DNA of 64,000 bases from Candidatus Latescibacterota bacterium (GCA_965217865.1 CBDCJO010000001.1:480001-544000), one strand, 5' to 3'; numbered from the stretch's first letter, positions 28,254 to 38,457 are shown. Program-made: numbers and translations. Notes: generated by a model not told the origin, from the sequence alone.

Positions 28254-29660
28254 TCATTCAGAGAAGGCCGGTTCTTCAAGGTATTTCTTTACCCGGTCGA
28301 TGATCGTATCTGAGGAATAGGGTTTGACAATGTAGTCGTTTGCCCCCGCTTCGATCGCATCGACGACCGTCGTGCTGTCCGTGAGCGAGGTCAACATGAT
28401 GATGGGGATGCTGGCCGTTGCATCCCGCTGGCGAAGGCCTTTAAGGGCCTCGATCCCTCCTAACACCGGCATCAGGATATCGAGCATAACGAGGTCAGGG
28501 GTCTTTTTCTTGGCCAGATCCAGGGCCTCGGCCCCATTGACTGCCTCCATAACCTCATACCCCATCCTCTGGAGGATAAAAGCCAGGGCACGCCGGGTGG
28601 CGACAGAATCTTCAGCGATCAGGATGCATTTATTCGAGTCCTTCTTCTGTCCTCTGGTCAGGCGGGTCCCACACTCGATGCAGAATTTTCCCGTCCCCTT
28701 GGAACCGCATTTAGGGCATTCCTGCAACAATGTTTCGGAGTCCAACGATTCCCCATCGTCTTTCTTAGGGGGGGCTTTCAGGCGGATCTTCAAGTCGAAA
28801 GTCGCACCGGCTTCCTGCATCTCCCCAGGAACCTTCTCCAGGATATCTTCGATGGACTGTTCATCAAGTCCGAAGTGCTCCTGAGCACGTTCCCGTAACA
28901 GCGAGACCCCCTTCTCTCTATCCTCTTCATAAAAAACGTCGGTGACCAGGCTGGACGTGTTGACGACACGAATCAACTCGGCTACCGGAGAGGCGGATAT
29001 GTCATTTTCGAAGGCCACAAAGTGGTGCTCCCGAATGGTCTCTTCAAAAATAGATGGGAGACACCAGTGTCTGACCAGAAGCCCCCCCACCGCCGCGTGG
29101 TCGAGACCGATGACCTCCCTTTCCACCCTTGCGAGATGTGCGTCGCGGACCTTGGCCACTCCGATTGCGCCCCCGTACTCGATCGGAAAACATTGGGCAA
29201 GAAAAAGACATCCGATGTCCTGAAGCAACCCGGCGGTAAATACCTCTCCTGGAATATCCCGCTGGAGCTTGGACGCGATCAATCCCGATGCAACTGCATT
29301 GCAAACCGAACGCTCCCAAAAAAGCTTCAGATCGAAACCCCTGGCCAACGACACCGAATAGGTGTCCATCACGGCAAGACCGAGGGCTATGCTCCCCACC
29401 TTTTTATATCCAAGGATATTGATCGCCTGGGTGACATCCGAAACCTGGCTGGACAGCCCATAAAAGGAGGAGTTGACCACACGAAGCAACTTGGTGGAGA
29501 GGGCCACATCCATGGAGATCAGCTTGGCCACCTTTCCGACCGGGACCTGGAGATCCTGTGTCATTTGGGAGATTTGAACCGCGGCAGTGGAGAGGGTCGG
29601 AAAATCCTCTGCATCATCAATAATTTTCAGGACGTCCTGTTCTGTCAAAACACTCGGCAT
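28254..29660 (-). CDS. HDOD domain + zinc ribbon + receiver domain signalling protein
   Basis: D.ALSTKLLRVVNSSFYG, AGLLQDIG (HDOD); CPKC...FCIECG; C-terminal REC IAEDS...MLDILMP...KP. Confidence 0.9.
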   Translation of the reverse strand: MPSVLTEQDVLKIIDDAEDFPTLSTAAVQISQMTQDLQVPVGKVAKLISMDVALSTKLLRVVNSSFYGLSSQVSDVTQAINILGYKKVGSIALGLAVMDTYSVSLARGFDLKLFWERSVCNAVASGLIASKLQRDIPGEVFTAGLLQDIGCLFLAQCFPIEYGGAIGVAKVRDAHLARVEREVIGLDHAAVGGLLVRHWCLPSIFEETIREHHFVAFENDISASPVAELIRVVNTSSLVTDVFYEEDREKGVSLLRERAQEHFGLDEQSIEDILEKVPGEMQEAGATFDLKIRLKAPPKKDDGESLDSETLLQECPKCGSKGTGKFCIECGTRLTRGQKKDSNKCILIAEDSVATRRALAFILQRMGYEVMEAVNGAEALDLAKKKTPDLVMLDILMPVLGGIEALKGLRQRDATASIPIIMLTSLTDSTTVVDAIEAGANDYIVKPYSSDTIIDRVKKYLEEPAFSE

Positions 29661-29710
29661 GACCTTTGCCCTTAAAAAACTTCAGCCTTGAGGATCCGGA
29701 ATTTTCCGGG

Positions 29711-30145
29711 TCAATCATCCTTTACCATTTTCTCCCCGTCAAAAATCAGCTTCCCTTTCTCGAAAATCTTTCCATCCTTCAATTCATACTTCATGTGTTG
29801 GCCTAAAGAGAGGTGCTTGAAGACTTCCTCCGGGTCTCCGTATTTTTCTATCAGCTTCTCAATCGGGCCTTCAAATTCGAGTTTTTTGCGTTTTGGCTTC
29901 CCTTTCGCCCTTTGAGCCTGCTCTTCGGGGCTCAGGATCGGCAATCTCTCCGCAGCCGGTCCCAGACGACTGGCGAACTCCTGTTGCCTGCGGAAATGAT
30001 CGTGTTTCTTCTCAACCTCGCTTCTATCGATATCCTCATGGTCTGAAGCGGTTTCTTTCGCCCGCTGGCGCCATTTATCCCGCTCTCTTTCAAGAGGTGC
30101 GTCTTCCCCCATCTTCCTGAGAAGATCCCTGACAGAATCGTTCAT
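29711..30145 (-). CDS. hypothetical charged protein
   Basis: 144-aa ORF with GAGGAGG SD, co-oriented with the HDOD gene. Confidence 0.65.
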   Translation of the reverse strand: MNDSVRDLLRKMGEDAPLERERDKWRQRAKETASDHEDIDRSEVEKKHDHFRRQQEFASRLGPAAERLPILSPEEQAQRAKGKPKRKKLEFEGPIEKLIEKYGDPEEVFKHLSLGQHMKYELKDGKIFEKGKLIFDGEKMVKDD

Positions 30146-30254
30146 CCCTGTGCCTCCTCAGATAAATCAAAAGACGATCTGAACCAGATTTTTAGGAGAA
30201 AAATAAGGTGAAGTCTGAGATTTGTCAACCGCGTTTTACCCCTGTAAATTGGGT

Positions 30255-30283
30255 TTGACATAGAAGATCCTGATGGGTAGTTT
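30255..30283 (+). promoter_or_regulatory. sigma-70 promoter upstream of mazG
   Basis: TTGACA-17 bp-TAGTTT. Confidence 0.5.
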
Positions 30284-30369
30284 ATCCTTTTGCGGCCACC
30301 GGGAAATAACCCCCAAATACCCATATAGGGAAATTGTTCTTCTACGAAGGGTTAAATAAGGAGGTTTCC

Positions 30370-30960
30370 ATGAACCATTTCGACAGACTCACCGGCATCA
30401 TGGCCAGGCTTCGTGGCGAAGGGGGATGCCCGTGGGACAGGAAACAAACCCACAAGACTTTGAAACCCTATCTCCTCGAAGAGACTTACGAGGTCCTTGA
30501 TGCCATCGACCAGGAGGATGACCAAGAACTGAAAAAGGAACTTGGGGATCTTCTTCTTCAGGTGGTTTTTCACGCGCAAATCGCGCATGAGGATGACCGT
30601 TTCAACGTCGATGAGGTATCCGAAGCCATCGTTTCGAAGTTGATACACCGGCATCTCCACGTATTTGGAAACGAGAAAGTCGAAGGAACTGAGGAGGTTC
30701 TCGTCAACTGGGAACAGCTGAAGAAATCCGAAGGAGATGCTGAGCCCTCCGAAGTTTCCGTCCTGGACGTGAAATCCCTCAAGGGACGAAGCGAAGTGAA
30801 ACGGCCAGGGAAGGCCAGGAAGCGGCGGATGACCAGGGACAAGCGGGTTTTGCACCGGTTGCGCTTCCACCGGCGGAGGTCCAGAGGGAGGCTGTCCGGG
30901 ATGCATCGAGGGAAATCGGCCAGGGGCTCCAGCGTGACGCTGAAATACAGACCAGCATAA
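30370..30960 (+). pseudogene. mazG: truncated MazG nucleoside triphosphate pyrophosphohydrolase (N-terminal domain only)
   Basis: [43 protein letters not shown]...SVLD; similarity stops at about 30768 and the rest is an unrelated Arg-rich run-on. Confidence 0.8.
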
Positions 30961-31199
30961 ACGTCGAACAGTCCGTGAAAAGCGCCGATCGGGCTACGGA
31001 TAAGAAACTCCGACTGGATAGTCGCGATAACCAGAATCAGGTCCGAAGTCTCCAGGCGCAACGAAACACGCTCCAGCGGGAGGTTCGAATGGCGGAGGAG
31101 AAGATTCGGAAGCTTCAAAGCCAGACTCGGACCACGACGACTTCGGGATCGACAAACGTCTTCCCGCTCGGGAGCCGATTGAATTTTCTGGTACAATAA
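30765..31199 (+). pseudogene. headless C-terminal fragment of a coiled-coil (FlxA-like) protein
   Basis: Frame of ORF 30975-31199 is open back to the mazG breakpoint ([18 protein letters not shown]...) with no proper start; ends GSRLNFLVQ. Confidence 0.55.
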
Positions 31200-31249
31200 T
31201 CGATGGATCTACGGGGTTCTGAAGCCGATTCCCCAATAAAAAACGGCTT

Positions 31250-31380
31250 TGGACGACGTCCTTCGGAGTGGCGCGTCGTCAAGGGACCGCCCAGGTGGCG
31301 CTGAGTGGGACCGCTTGGTCAGGCCCCTCTCTCGGGCGGGAAACTCAGGGGTAACCGACGAGAGGGGGGTCCTTTTTTAT
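31250..31380. other. multi-hairpin structured intergenic element ending in a terminator-like stem
   Basis: GACGACG/CGTCGTC stem enclosing a C-TTCG-G loop; CCCCTCTCTCG/CGAGAGGGGGG stem followed by T6. Confidence 0.4.
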
Positions 31381-31394
31381 TCAAGATAAAACGG

Positions 31395-31423
31395 TTGACA
31401 GCCTTCTCAAAAATTTGTATTCT
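31395..31423 (+). promoter_or_regulatory. sigma-70 promoter for the 31560-36606 gene run
   Basis: TTGACA-17 bp-TATTCT. Confidence 0.6.
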
Positions 31424-31559
31424 AACCATGTCCAATACATGCAAGAAGTTACGTTCCAATCTTGATTTAACCCTGACCTAATGCCTCGGAGCAGGTGCAG
31501 ATATCCTCCTGCCGTTTTCTGAAAACCAACGATAACCCACCTGGATTCATCTCCCATCG

Positions 31560-32564
31560 ATGCCTCTCCCCACCGGCAAACTCCATCCCGACCTCCTCTC
31601 CCGTTTGTTGAGCGGTTGTGAGCATTCCAATGAGCGGGTTATCGTTGGGCCGGCGGTGGGAGAAGATGCCGCCGTGATCGACTTTGGGGACACCTGCCTG
31701 GTTGCAAAAACCGATCCCATCACGTTTGTCACCGATCAGGTCGGTATTTACGCCATCGTCATCAACGCCAACGACATCGCCGTTATGGGAGCCACACCCA
31801 AGTGGTTTCTGGCTACGCTGCTTCTTCCTGAGGCCAAAACCGACCAAAATCTGATCGAATCGATTTTTCATTCCATCAACAGTGCGGCATCGGAATTTAA
31901 AATTTCCGTCTGTGGCGGACACACGGAGATCACCCACGGCCTGGACCGGCCCATCGTCGTCGGTCATATGCTTGGGGAGGTCAAAAAAGAGGACCTGGTA
32001 TTGTCCTCGGGCCTTCAAGTGGGCGATTCTATTCTCCTCACCAAGGGGATGGGAATTGAAGCCACAGCCATAATTGCTCGAGAAAAAGGGGTGGAGCTGG
32101 AAGGGGTCTTCGGACACGATTTTTTATCTCGCTGCAAGGATTACCTGAAGGATCCCGGATTGAGCGTGCTGGTGGAAGCCCGTATCGCCTGTGGGGCTGC
32201 AAATATACACGCCATGCACGACCCGACCGAAGGCGGGGTTGCCTCCGGACTACACGAACTGGCCAGGGCTTCAAAAGTGGGAATCGAGGTGATGGAGGAT
32301 CGGCTTTTCATGGCAAAGGAGTCGCGGGTTCTTTGCGACGCCCTTTCACTCGATCCGCTCGGGGTCATATCCTCCGGTGCCCTTCTCATCGGGGTTTCGG
32401 ATACGGAGGCTGACGCCGTAATTGGAGCCATCCGGAATTCCAGCATTCGATGCGACCGGATCGCAACCGTCCGTGAGAGAGGCTTTGGGATCAAAATAGG
32501 AGATGGCGGACATCTGGCCGACCTTCCTGCCTTTCCCCAGGATGAGATCGCCAAAGTCTTCTAA
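31560..32564 (+). CDS. AIR synthase-related (PurM-like/HypE-like) protein
   Basis: GPAVGEDAAV, KTDPIT, NANDIAVMGA, GGHTE, MHDPTEGG. Confidence 0.9.
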   Translation: MPLPTGKLHPDLLSRLLSGCEHSNERVIVGPAVGEDAAVIDFGDTCLVAKTDPITFVTDQVGIYAIVINANDIAVMGATPKWFLATLLLPEAKTDQNLIESIFHSINSAASEFKISVCGGHTEITHGLDRPIVVGHMLGEVKKEDLVLSSGLQVGDSILLTKGMGIEATAIIAREKGVELEGVFGHDFLSRCKDYLKDPGLSVLVEARIACGAANIHAMHDPTEGGVASGLHELARASKVGIEVMEDRLFMAKESRVLCDALSLDPLGVISSGALLIGVSDTEADAVIGAIRNSSIRCDRIATVRERGFGIKIGDGGHLADLPAFPQDEIAKVF

Positions 32565-32601
32565 ACCAAATCCTTTCGGGGTTTGACCCACCGAGGATGC
32601 G

Positions 32602-33210
32602 ATGATCAATGGCGTCATTTTTGACATGGATGGAACCATCACGAAACCCTGCATCGATTGGCCCACCCTCCGGGAGCGGATCGAGGTTCCCCGGGGACAA
32701 ACGATCATCGACCACATCGCCAGTCTGGATCCCCCAGACGATCAACGGGCGGAGGGAATCCTCCTTGAAGTGGAGATGGATGCTGCAAACCGATCTGAAT
32801 TGAATCCGGGTGCAGCCCAATTGCTTGAATACCTGAGAGAGCGTGAGATAAAAACCGCCCTGGTCACCAACAACCACCTGAAGGCGATGCAATTCGTCCT
32901 GAAAAAACATGGACTCCGGTTTGGAACGACGATCAGCCGTGATGATGGGCCGATCAAGCCGTCGGCGGACCTGATCCGAAAAGCCATGAGGGCCCTCCTT
33001 CTGTCCCCCTCGGAGGTCTTATCGATCGGCGACGGTCGGTATGACCTTGAAGCAAGCAAAAAAGCGGGTGTCCCTTTTTTATACGTCACCCACGACCGAC
33101 CGTCGTTCGACCATTCCCCGGCAGTTTCATCCCTGGTTGAGGCTTTATCCTGGGTAAAGTTTAGTACGGAGAAACGCGGGTCCGGGGTGATCGGATCGCC
33201 CGCCGATTGA
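32602..33210 (+). CDS. HAD family hydrolase
   Basis: IFDMDGT, VTNN, KP, IGDGRYD. Confidence 0.9.
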   Translation: MINGVIFDMDGTITKPCIDWPTLRERIEVPRGQTIIDHIASLDPPDDQRAEGILLEVEMDAANRSELNPGAAQLLEYLREREIKTALVTNNHLKAMQFVLKKHGLRFGTTISRDDGPIKPSADLIRKAMRALLLSPSEVLSIGDGRYDLEASKKAGVPFLYVTHDRPSFDHSPAVSSLVEALSWVKFSTEKRGSGVIGSPAD

Positions 33211-33240
33211 GAAAATGACACTTCGGCCCTGGATTCGGTT

Positions 33241-34431
33241 TTGGGGGTTTTATCCAGCCGCGAGAAAATCTTGGCGAATCTGGACAGCTTCGAATATCTT
33301 TCTCCGACACGCCTGATCGTGGGTCCGAATTCCATATCTAAGATCCCGGACCTGATTCAGGAACGCGGCCTTCGAAAGGGCCTGGTCGTTACCGATCCCG
33401 GGCTGGCGGCTGCTGGAATCGTCGATCGGGTTGTATACCTATTGAAGGACGCCAAGCTCCCCTGTGAGATCTTTGGCCGAGTCGAGGCCAATCCGCCCTT
33501 TTCAAACGTCGAGGCGGCCTACCGGGTTTTTGTCGAAGGACACTGCGACTTTCTGATCGGTCTGGGCGGAGGTAGTCCCATGGACGTGGCCAAAGGCGTG
33601 GGGGTCGCGGCGTCTCACGGAGGACATATAAAGGAGTTGGTGGGTCTCGGAAAGTGTCGGAACAGAATCCCTTTCCTGCTGTGTATACCCACAACCTACG
33701 GGACGGGGAGCGAGGTTACCCCCTTCGCTGTGATCACTGACAAAGACCTGAAGTTAAAGGCGACCATCGGGAGCCCATTTATCATCCCACACGCTGGAGT
33801 CCTCGACCCCGATCTCTCCGTGTCCCTTCCCCCCTCGATCGCGGGGGCAACTGGTATGGACGCCCTCACCCACGCAATCGAATCCTACGTGGCCTTGACA
33901 TCTCACGTCATCACAGAGGGCCTTGCACTCCACGCGATCCGTCTGATCGGGGAGAATCTTCGGAAAGCGGTCGCAAGCCACAACGACCGCGAAGCGACTG
34001 AACGAATGCTCGTCGCCAGCACGATGGCCGGAATGGCCTTTTCGCAGACGCGCCTCGGCAACGTCCACGCCATGTCGCACCCGGTTGGAGCACATTTCGG
34101 GGTCCCTCACGGGATTGCCAATGCAATCCTCCTGACCCGGGTGATGGCGTTCAACTTGATGTCCTGTCCGGCGAAATTCGCCATGATCGCAAATGCCCTT
34201 GGCGAATCACACGAGGGCCTGACGACGGTTGAGGCGGCTGAGTCGAGCCTCCTGGCTGTCGAGAAATTGGAACGGGATGTGGACATCCCGGATGGTCTGG
34301 GGAAGGTCGGGGTGAAATCTGACGCGATTCCCACCCTCTCCCAAGACGCCATGAAGAGCGGAAACGTCCTCATCAACCCAAGAAAGACCTTTCTTGAGGA
34401 TATCGTCGATCTATATGAGAAAACCATGTAA
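33241..34431 (+). CDS. iron-containing alcohol dehydrogenase
   Basis: GGGSPMDVAK, PTTYGTGSE, DALTHAIES, HAMSH, HGIANA. Confidence 0.93.
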   Translation: MGVLSSREKILANLDSFEYLSPTRLIVGPNSISKIPDLIQERGLRKGLVVTDPGLAAAGIVDRVVYLLKDAKLPCEIFGRVEANPPFSNVEAAYRVFVEGHCDFLIGLGGGSPMDVAKGVGVAASHGGHIKELVGLGKCRNRIPFLLCIPTTYGTGSEVTPFAVITDKDLKLKATIGSPFIIPHAGVLDPDLSVSLPPSIAGATGMDALTHAIESYVALTSHVITEGLALHAIRLIGENLRKAVASHNDREATERMLVASTMAGMAFSQTRLGNVHAMSHPVGAHFGVPHGIANAILLTRVMAFNLMSCPAKFAMIANALGESHEGLTTVEAAESSLLAVEKLERDVDIPDGLGKVGVKSDAIPTLSQDAMKSGNVLINPRKTFLEDIVDLYEKTM

Positions 34432-34479
34432 AGGGACGACGCCTGCGTCCTCTCCAAAGATTCAGCAGGAAAGGGGAGC

Positions 34480-35250
34480 ATGAAGATGACCCAAGAGCGT
34501 TTTAACCTGCGCGACAGAGTCGCAATCGTTACCGGTGCCAGTAGAGGAATCGGACATGGCATCGCGTTGGGCCTCGCAGAAGCCGGGGCGGACCTGGTCC
34601 TTATGGGGAGAGTGAAGGATACGCTCGACAAGGCAGCCCGGGAAATTTCTGGCCTGGAGCGAAAGGGATTTGCCATCGTCGGTGACGCCTCAAGGGAGGA
34701 AGACGTACGACGTGTCGTAGATCAAACCCTTGAGCGATTTGGACACATCGACATCCTCGTGAACAACGCGGGTGTCACCTATCGTGCCTCAGCCGAAGAT
34801 TTCCCTGTCGCCGAATGGGATCGGATTATGGAGGTGAACCTCCGCGGTGTTTTCCTGATGAGCGCCCGGGTCGGAAAAGAGATGATCAAACGGGGCAGGG
34901 GCAAGATCGTCAATATCGCTTCCCTCGCGACTCACATCGGCATTCCCCTCGCGAGCGCCTACGCGGCCAGCAAAGGGGGGGTCGGGCAGTATACGAAAAC
35001 CCTTGCGGTAGAATGGGCGAAGCACAACATTCAGGTCAACGCCATCGCACCCGGTTATATCGAGACGGATATGACCCGGCCCCTCAAGGAGAACCCTGAA
35101 CGAGCGGAGTGGATCATGCTCCGGACCCCCGCGCGGAGATGGGGAAAGCCGGAGGACTTGGCAGGGGCAGCAGTCTTCCTGGCCTCCCCCGCCTCTGATT
35201 TCATCACAGGACAAATCCTGGATGTGGACGGGGGTTGGATGGCGGGTTGA
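34480..35250 (+). CDS. SDR oxidoreductase (KduD/gluconate 5-dehydrogenase-like)
   Basis: TGASRGIG, NNAG, YAASKGG, NAIAPGY, VDGGW. Confidence 0.9.
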   Translation: MKMTQERFNLRDRVAIVTGASRGIGHGIALGLAEAGADLVLMGRVKDTLDKAAREISGLERKGFAIVGDASREEDVRRVVDQTLERFGHIDILVNNAGVTYRASAEDFPVAEWDRIMEVNLRGVFLMSARVGKEMIKRGRGKIVNIASLATHIGIPLASAYAASKGGVGQYTKTLAVEWAKHNIQVNAIAPGYIETDMTRPLKENPERAEWIMLRTPARRWGKPEDLAGAAVFLASPASDFITGQILDVDGGWMAG

Positions 35251-35304
35251 CGGGGGAAGGTTTCAGGGTTCAGAACCCTGTCTTTTCACTGACGGAGGTT
35301 TCCA

Positions 35305-36606
35305 ATGGAATACCCGAAATTGTTTCGTATGAGGCAGAAATTCGATGCGCCTAGTTTAAACGATGTGCCCAATGCTGTCCGGGATGAGATTCGAAGGATC
35401 GATCCCGGCAAACGAATCAAACCGGGCCAGAGCATAGCCATTACCGTTGGGAGCCGGGGCGTTGCGAATGTCGATGTGATCGCGAAGACGATCGTGGAGG
35501 AGATGGAAGCCATCGGTGCCCGTCCCTTCATCGTTCCCGCGATGGGGAGCCACGGCGGCGGAACAGCCGAGGGCCAAACCGAGGTGCTTGCCCGCTACGG
35601 TATAACCGAGGGGTTGATGGGCTGTCCCGTGCGATCGTCTATGGAGGTCATTGAAGTAGGCCGGACCGATTTTGGAATGCCGGTATATTTTGACCAGATC
35701 GCTTCCCAGGCCGACCACGTCATCGTTTTCAACCGGGTAAAGCCCCACACCGGCTTCCGGGGAGAGATCGAAAGCGGGCTTTTCAAAATGATGTTGATCG
35801 GACTCGGCAAACATAAAGGCGCTTCCCTGTATCACCGAGCCATCGTCCATCACTCCTTCGATAAGATCGTTAAGGCAGTGGGTCAGATGGTGCTCACCAG
35901 ATGTCGGGTGGCGTTCGGGCTCGCAACGCTTGAAAACGGATACGACCAGACCGCGATGGTCAAAGCCCTCCAGCCCGAGGAATTTGAAACCGTCGAAAAG
36001 GAACTTCAGAAGCAGGCCAAGGCGTGGTGTCCCAAACTTCCGTTTAAAGAAGCGGACCTCCTGATCGTGGATGAGATGGGCAAGGATATCAGTGGGGCCG
36101 GACTCGATACGAATGTGATCGGTAGAAAGGGCGACGACCGGAAAGCCCAGCCTGACGAGTGGCCCAAGATTCTACATATCTTCACGAGGGACCTCACCGA
36201 AACGACCCACGGGAATGCCGTGGGGATCGGTTTTTCCAGTTTCACGACCCGCCGGCTGGTCGAGAAGATTGACCGGACCGCCACCTATATCAACTCCATC
36301 ACGGGGCAGCATCCCTCTTCGTCTCAGGTCCCGATGTATTACGACACGGACGGCGAGGTCCTCGACATTGCGTTCGTCTCCATGGGACTCACCGAATCCC
36401 CGGATGCCAAGGTTATGTGGATCCGGAATACACTCGACCTTACGGAAGTCGAGGCCTCCGAGGCCTACTGGGGTGAGGCGGAGGGAAGGGCCGACCTGGA
36501 GATCTTGTGCGAGCCCCGACCGATGCGTCTGGGTGAGGACGGGAATCTTCCTCAGTTCGACCAAATGGCAAAATCCGTCCAGAGTGCGACGGTCGCTGCA
36601 AAATAA
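35305..36606 (+). CDS. lactate racemase (LarA)-like domain protein
   Basis: GSRG, PAMGSHGG, NRVKPHT, KMMLIGLGK, GKDISGAGLDTNV. Confidence 0.8.
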   Translation: MEYPKLFRMRQKFDAPSLNDVPNAVRDEIRRIDPGKRIKPGQSIAITVGSRGVANVDVIAKTIVEEMEAIGARPFIVPAMGSHGGGTAEGQTEVLARYGITEGLMGCPVRSSMEVIEVGRTDFGMPVYFDQIASQADHVIVFNRVKPHTGFRGEIESGLFKMMLIGLGKHKGASLYHRAIVHHSFDKIVKAVGQMVLTRCRVAFGLATLENGYDQTAMVKALQPEEFETVEKELQKQAKAWCPKLPFKEADLLIVDEMGKDISGAGLDTNVIGRKGDDRKAQPDEWPKILHIFTRDLTETTHGNAVGIGFSSFTTRRLVEKIDRTATYINSITGQHPSSSQVPMYYDTDGEVLDIAFVSMGLTESPDAKVMWIRNTLDLTEVEASEAYWGEAEGRADLEILCEPRPMRLGEDGNLPQFDQMAKSVQSATVAAK

Positions 36607-36672
36607 GTACAGGGACGGCCGATCGGATTCCTTGAGAATCCGAATTTTTCAACCCTCCCTATCTGGAGTTTT

Positions 36673-37338
36673 ATGGTGGCCAGGATTCTCTTGGTAGACG
36701 ACGATGAAAACGCCCTTCGCGTGGTGAGTGAGAAACTCCGGTCCGAGGGCATGGATGTCCTGATCGCGACAGGCGGTCAGGAGGGGATCGACAAGGCCAA
36801 ACAAGAACGGCCAGATCTTGTCATCACCGACCTCATGATGCCGGAGATAAACGGTTATGCGGTCGCGAGGGCCATCCGGGAGGATGTATCCCTGGTGTGT
36901 ACACCCATCATCATGTTGACGGCGCAAAGCCAGGTCGACGAAGTAATAAAAGGTCTCGCTATGGGCGCGGACGACTATATTGTCAAACCCTTCGGGCTCC
37001 AGGAGCTCCTCGCTCGCGTCAACGCGCTTCTGAGGATGCGCGATTTTCAGATCAAATCGATGGAAGCGGAGCGCATGAAGGCCCTACTGGAGATGGCTGG
37101 GGCTGCGGCTCACGAGATAAACCAGCCCCTTACGGTTATTATGGGCTATGCGGACATGATCCAAAAGAGGATGGAGAAACAAGATCAATTTTATGAATTT
37201 GTGACATCGATTTATAAAAATTCCCTTCGAATCTCCGAAATCATCAAAAAACTCCAATCGATCCGTCGTTATGAAAGCAAGCCATACATCGGAAACGTGA
37301 ATATCATGGATTTCGACGGATCCTCGAAAACGGATTGA
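36673..37338 (+). CDS. receiver domain + HisKA-type helix (no ATPase domain)
   Basis: LVDDD...TDLMMP...KPF, then AAHEINQPLTVIMGY; ends without HATPase boxes. Confidence 0.88.
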   Translation: MVARILLVDDDENALRVVSEKLRSEGMDVLIATGGQEGIDKAKQERPDLVITDLMMPEINGYAVARAIREDVSLVCTPIIMLTAQSQVDEVIKGLAMGADDYIVKPFGLQELLARVNALLRMRDFQIKSMEAERMKALLEMAGAAAHEINQPLTVIMGYADMIQKRMEKQDQFYEFVTSIYKNSLRISEIIKKLQSIRRYESKPYIGNVNIMDFDGSSKTD

Positions 37339-37507
37339 GGAAAGGGGATTTTGCCCCTTTCTGTGAAAATTCCCTTGTATTTTCACCTTAAATTTGTGAT
37401 ATTTATAAGGTCCAGGGCAGTGTGAAACCCCGTGCAAAGGCTTTCTACGATACCTGCGGCGTGTCGCAGGACGTGGAGATGCCGTGCATATCAGGGAGGT
37501 GGTAGCA

Positions 37508-37947
37508 TGCCGGGAAGAGTTGACGGAGTTCTCGGCGCACCGAGGAATGCGAACCTGACGGCAAGGCAAGGCGTCGAGGGCCGCGGAGGGGAAGAGGAGG
37601 AGAATCGAAACCAGACCGCCCGAGCCGAGGCTGAACGTGGTGATCGGGTGACCCTCTCTCGAGAGGGCCTGAACGCACAGGGTGGCCAGCCCGTCAGGGA
37701 GGAACAGGGACGTGGTCAGCCGGTTGATGTCAGGGCTACGGATCAAGCTGAGCCCAATCCGGCGCCGGAAGGTCAGCCCGGGGAAAACGCAGCCTTGAGG
37801 GAGGAACCCCAGGTGAGAGTTGACCAATCTCGAGCCGATCGTGCGGGCGGAGAAGAGATCGAGGAGGAACAGCCCAATGAGATCCTGGCCGCGAGGGAGC
37901 GGAACAGGGCCGGGACCGTGGGAAGCCGCTTCAACGCCGTCGGATGA
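37508..37947 (+). CDS. low-complexity hypothetical protein
   Basis: GGAGGT SD + ATG 37508; DRVTLSREG motif and terminal GSRFNAVG. Confidence 0.6.
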
Positions 37948-38056
37948 CTTCCGTTCAAACTGAATTAACTTAAAGCCCACCGATGCATCGAGAGATGAAC
38001 AGTGGGCTTCCTTTTGCCGTTTTCCCTGGAATTCCTTTAAATTTGGACCAGAATCC

Positions 38057-38203
38057 GTGGGTTTTTCCAAAAATTGGCTGGTCTCCCGGATCGCCCGTTC
38101 CCACGTAGCCCAGGCCGTCCGTTATAGCCGCGGACGGTTTCTCGACGTTGGATGTGGCGACCAGCCGGCACTCGATTTTGTTACACCTGGAGGCCTTCGA
38201 TAA
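38057..38203 (+). pseudogene. class I SAM-dependent methyltransferase remnant
   Basis: Short frame WLVSRIARSHVAQAVRYSRGRFLDVGCGDQP with motif I LDVGCG at 38141-38158; stops at 38203. Confidence 0.5.
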
Positions 38204-38457
38204 AGGTATCTTGAGGCCCTTGTCAGGATATCTTTCGGCCTGGTCCAGGTTCTTGTGCTTTGCCTCGATCGTGTTCATCGAGTGAAGGCGACACTTGGAA
38301 CTATCTCGCGTTGGGTAAGAAACCTCCCAAACTAAAAAATGGTTGATCCGGAATTCCAATCGTAGTACCATGCCAGAGGGTGCTTGACCGAAATGTGCGG
38401 GCAGGCTGGCGGGTTCTCCGGGGTTGAAAAGATCGCGTTGTTTGGAGGATAGAGACA

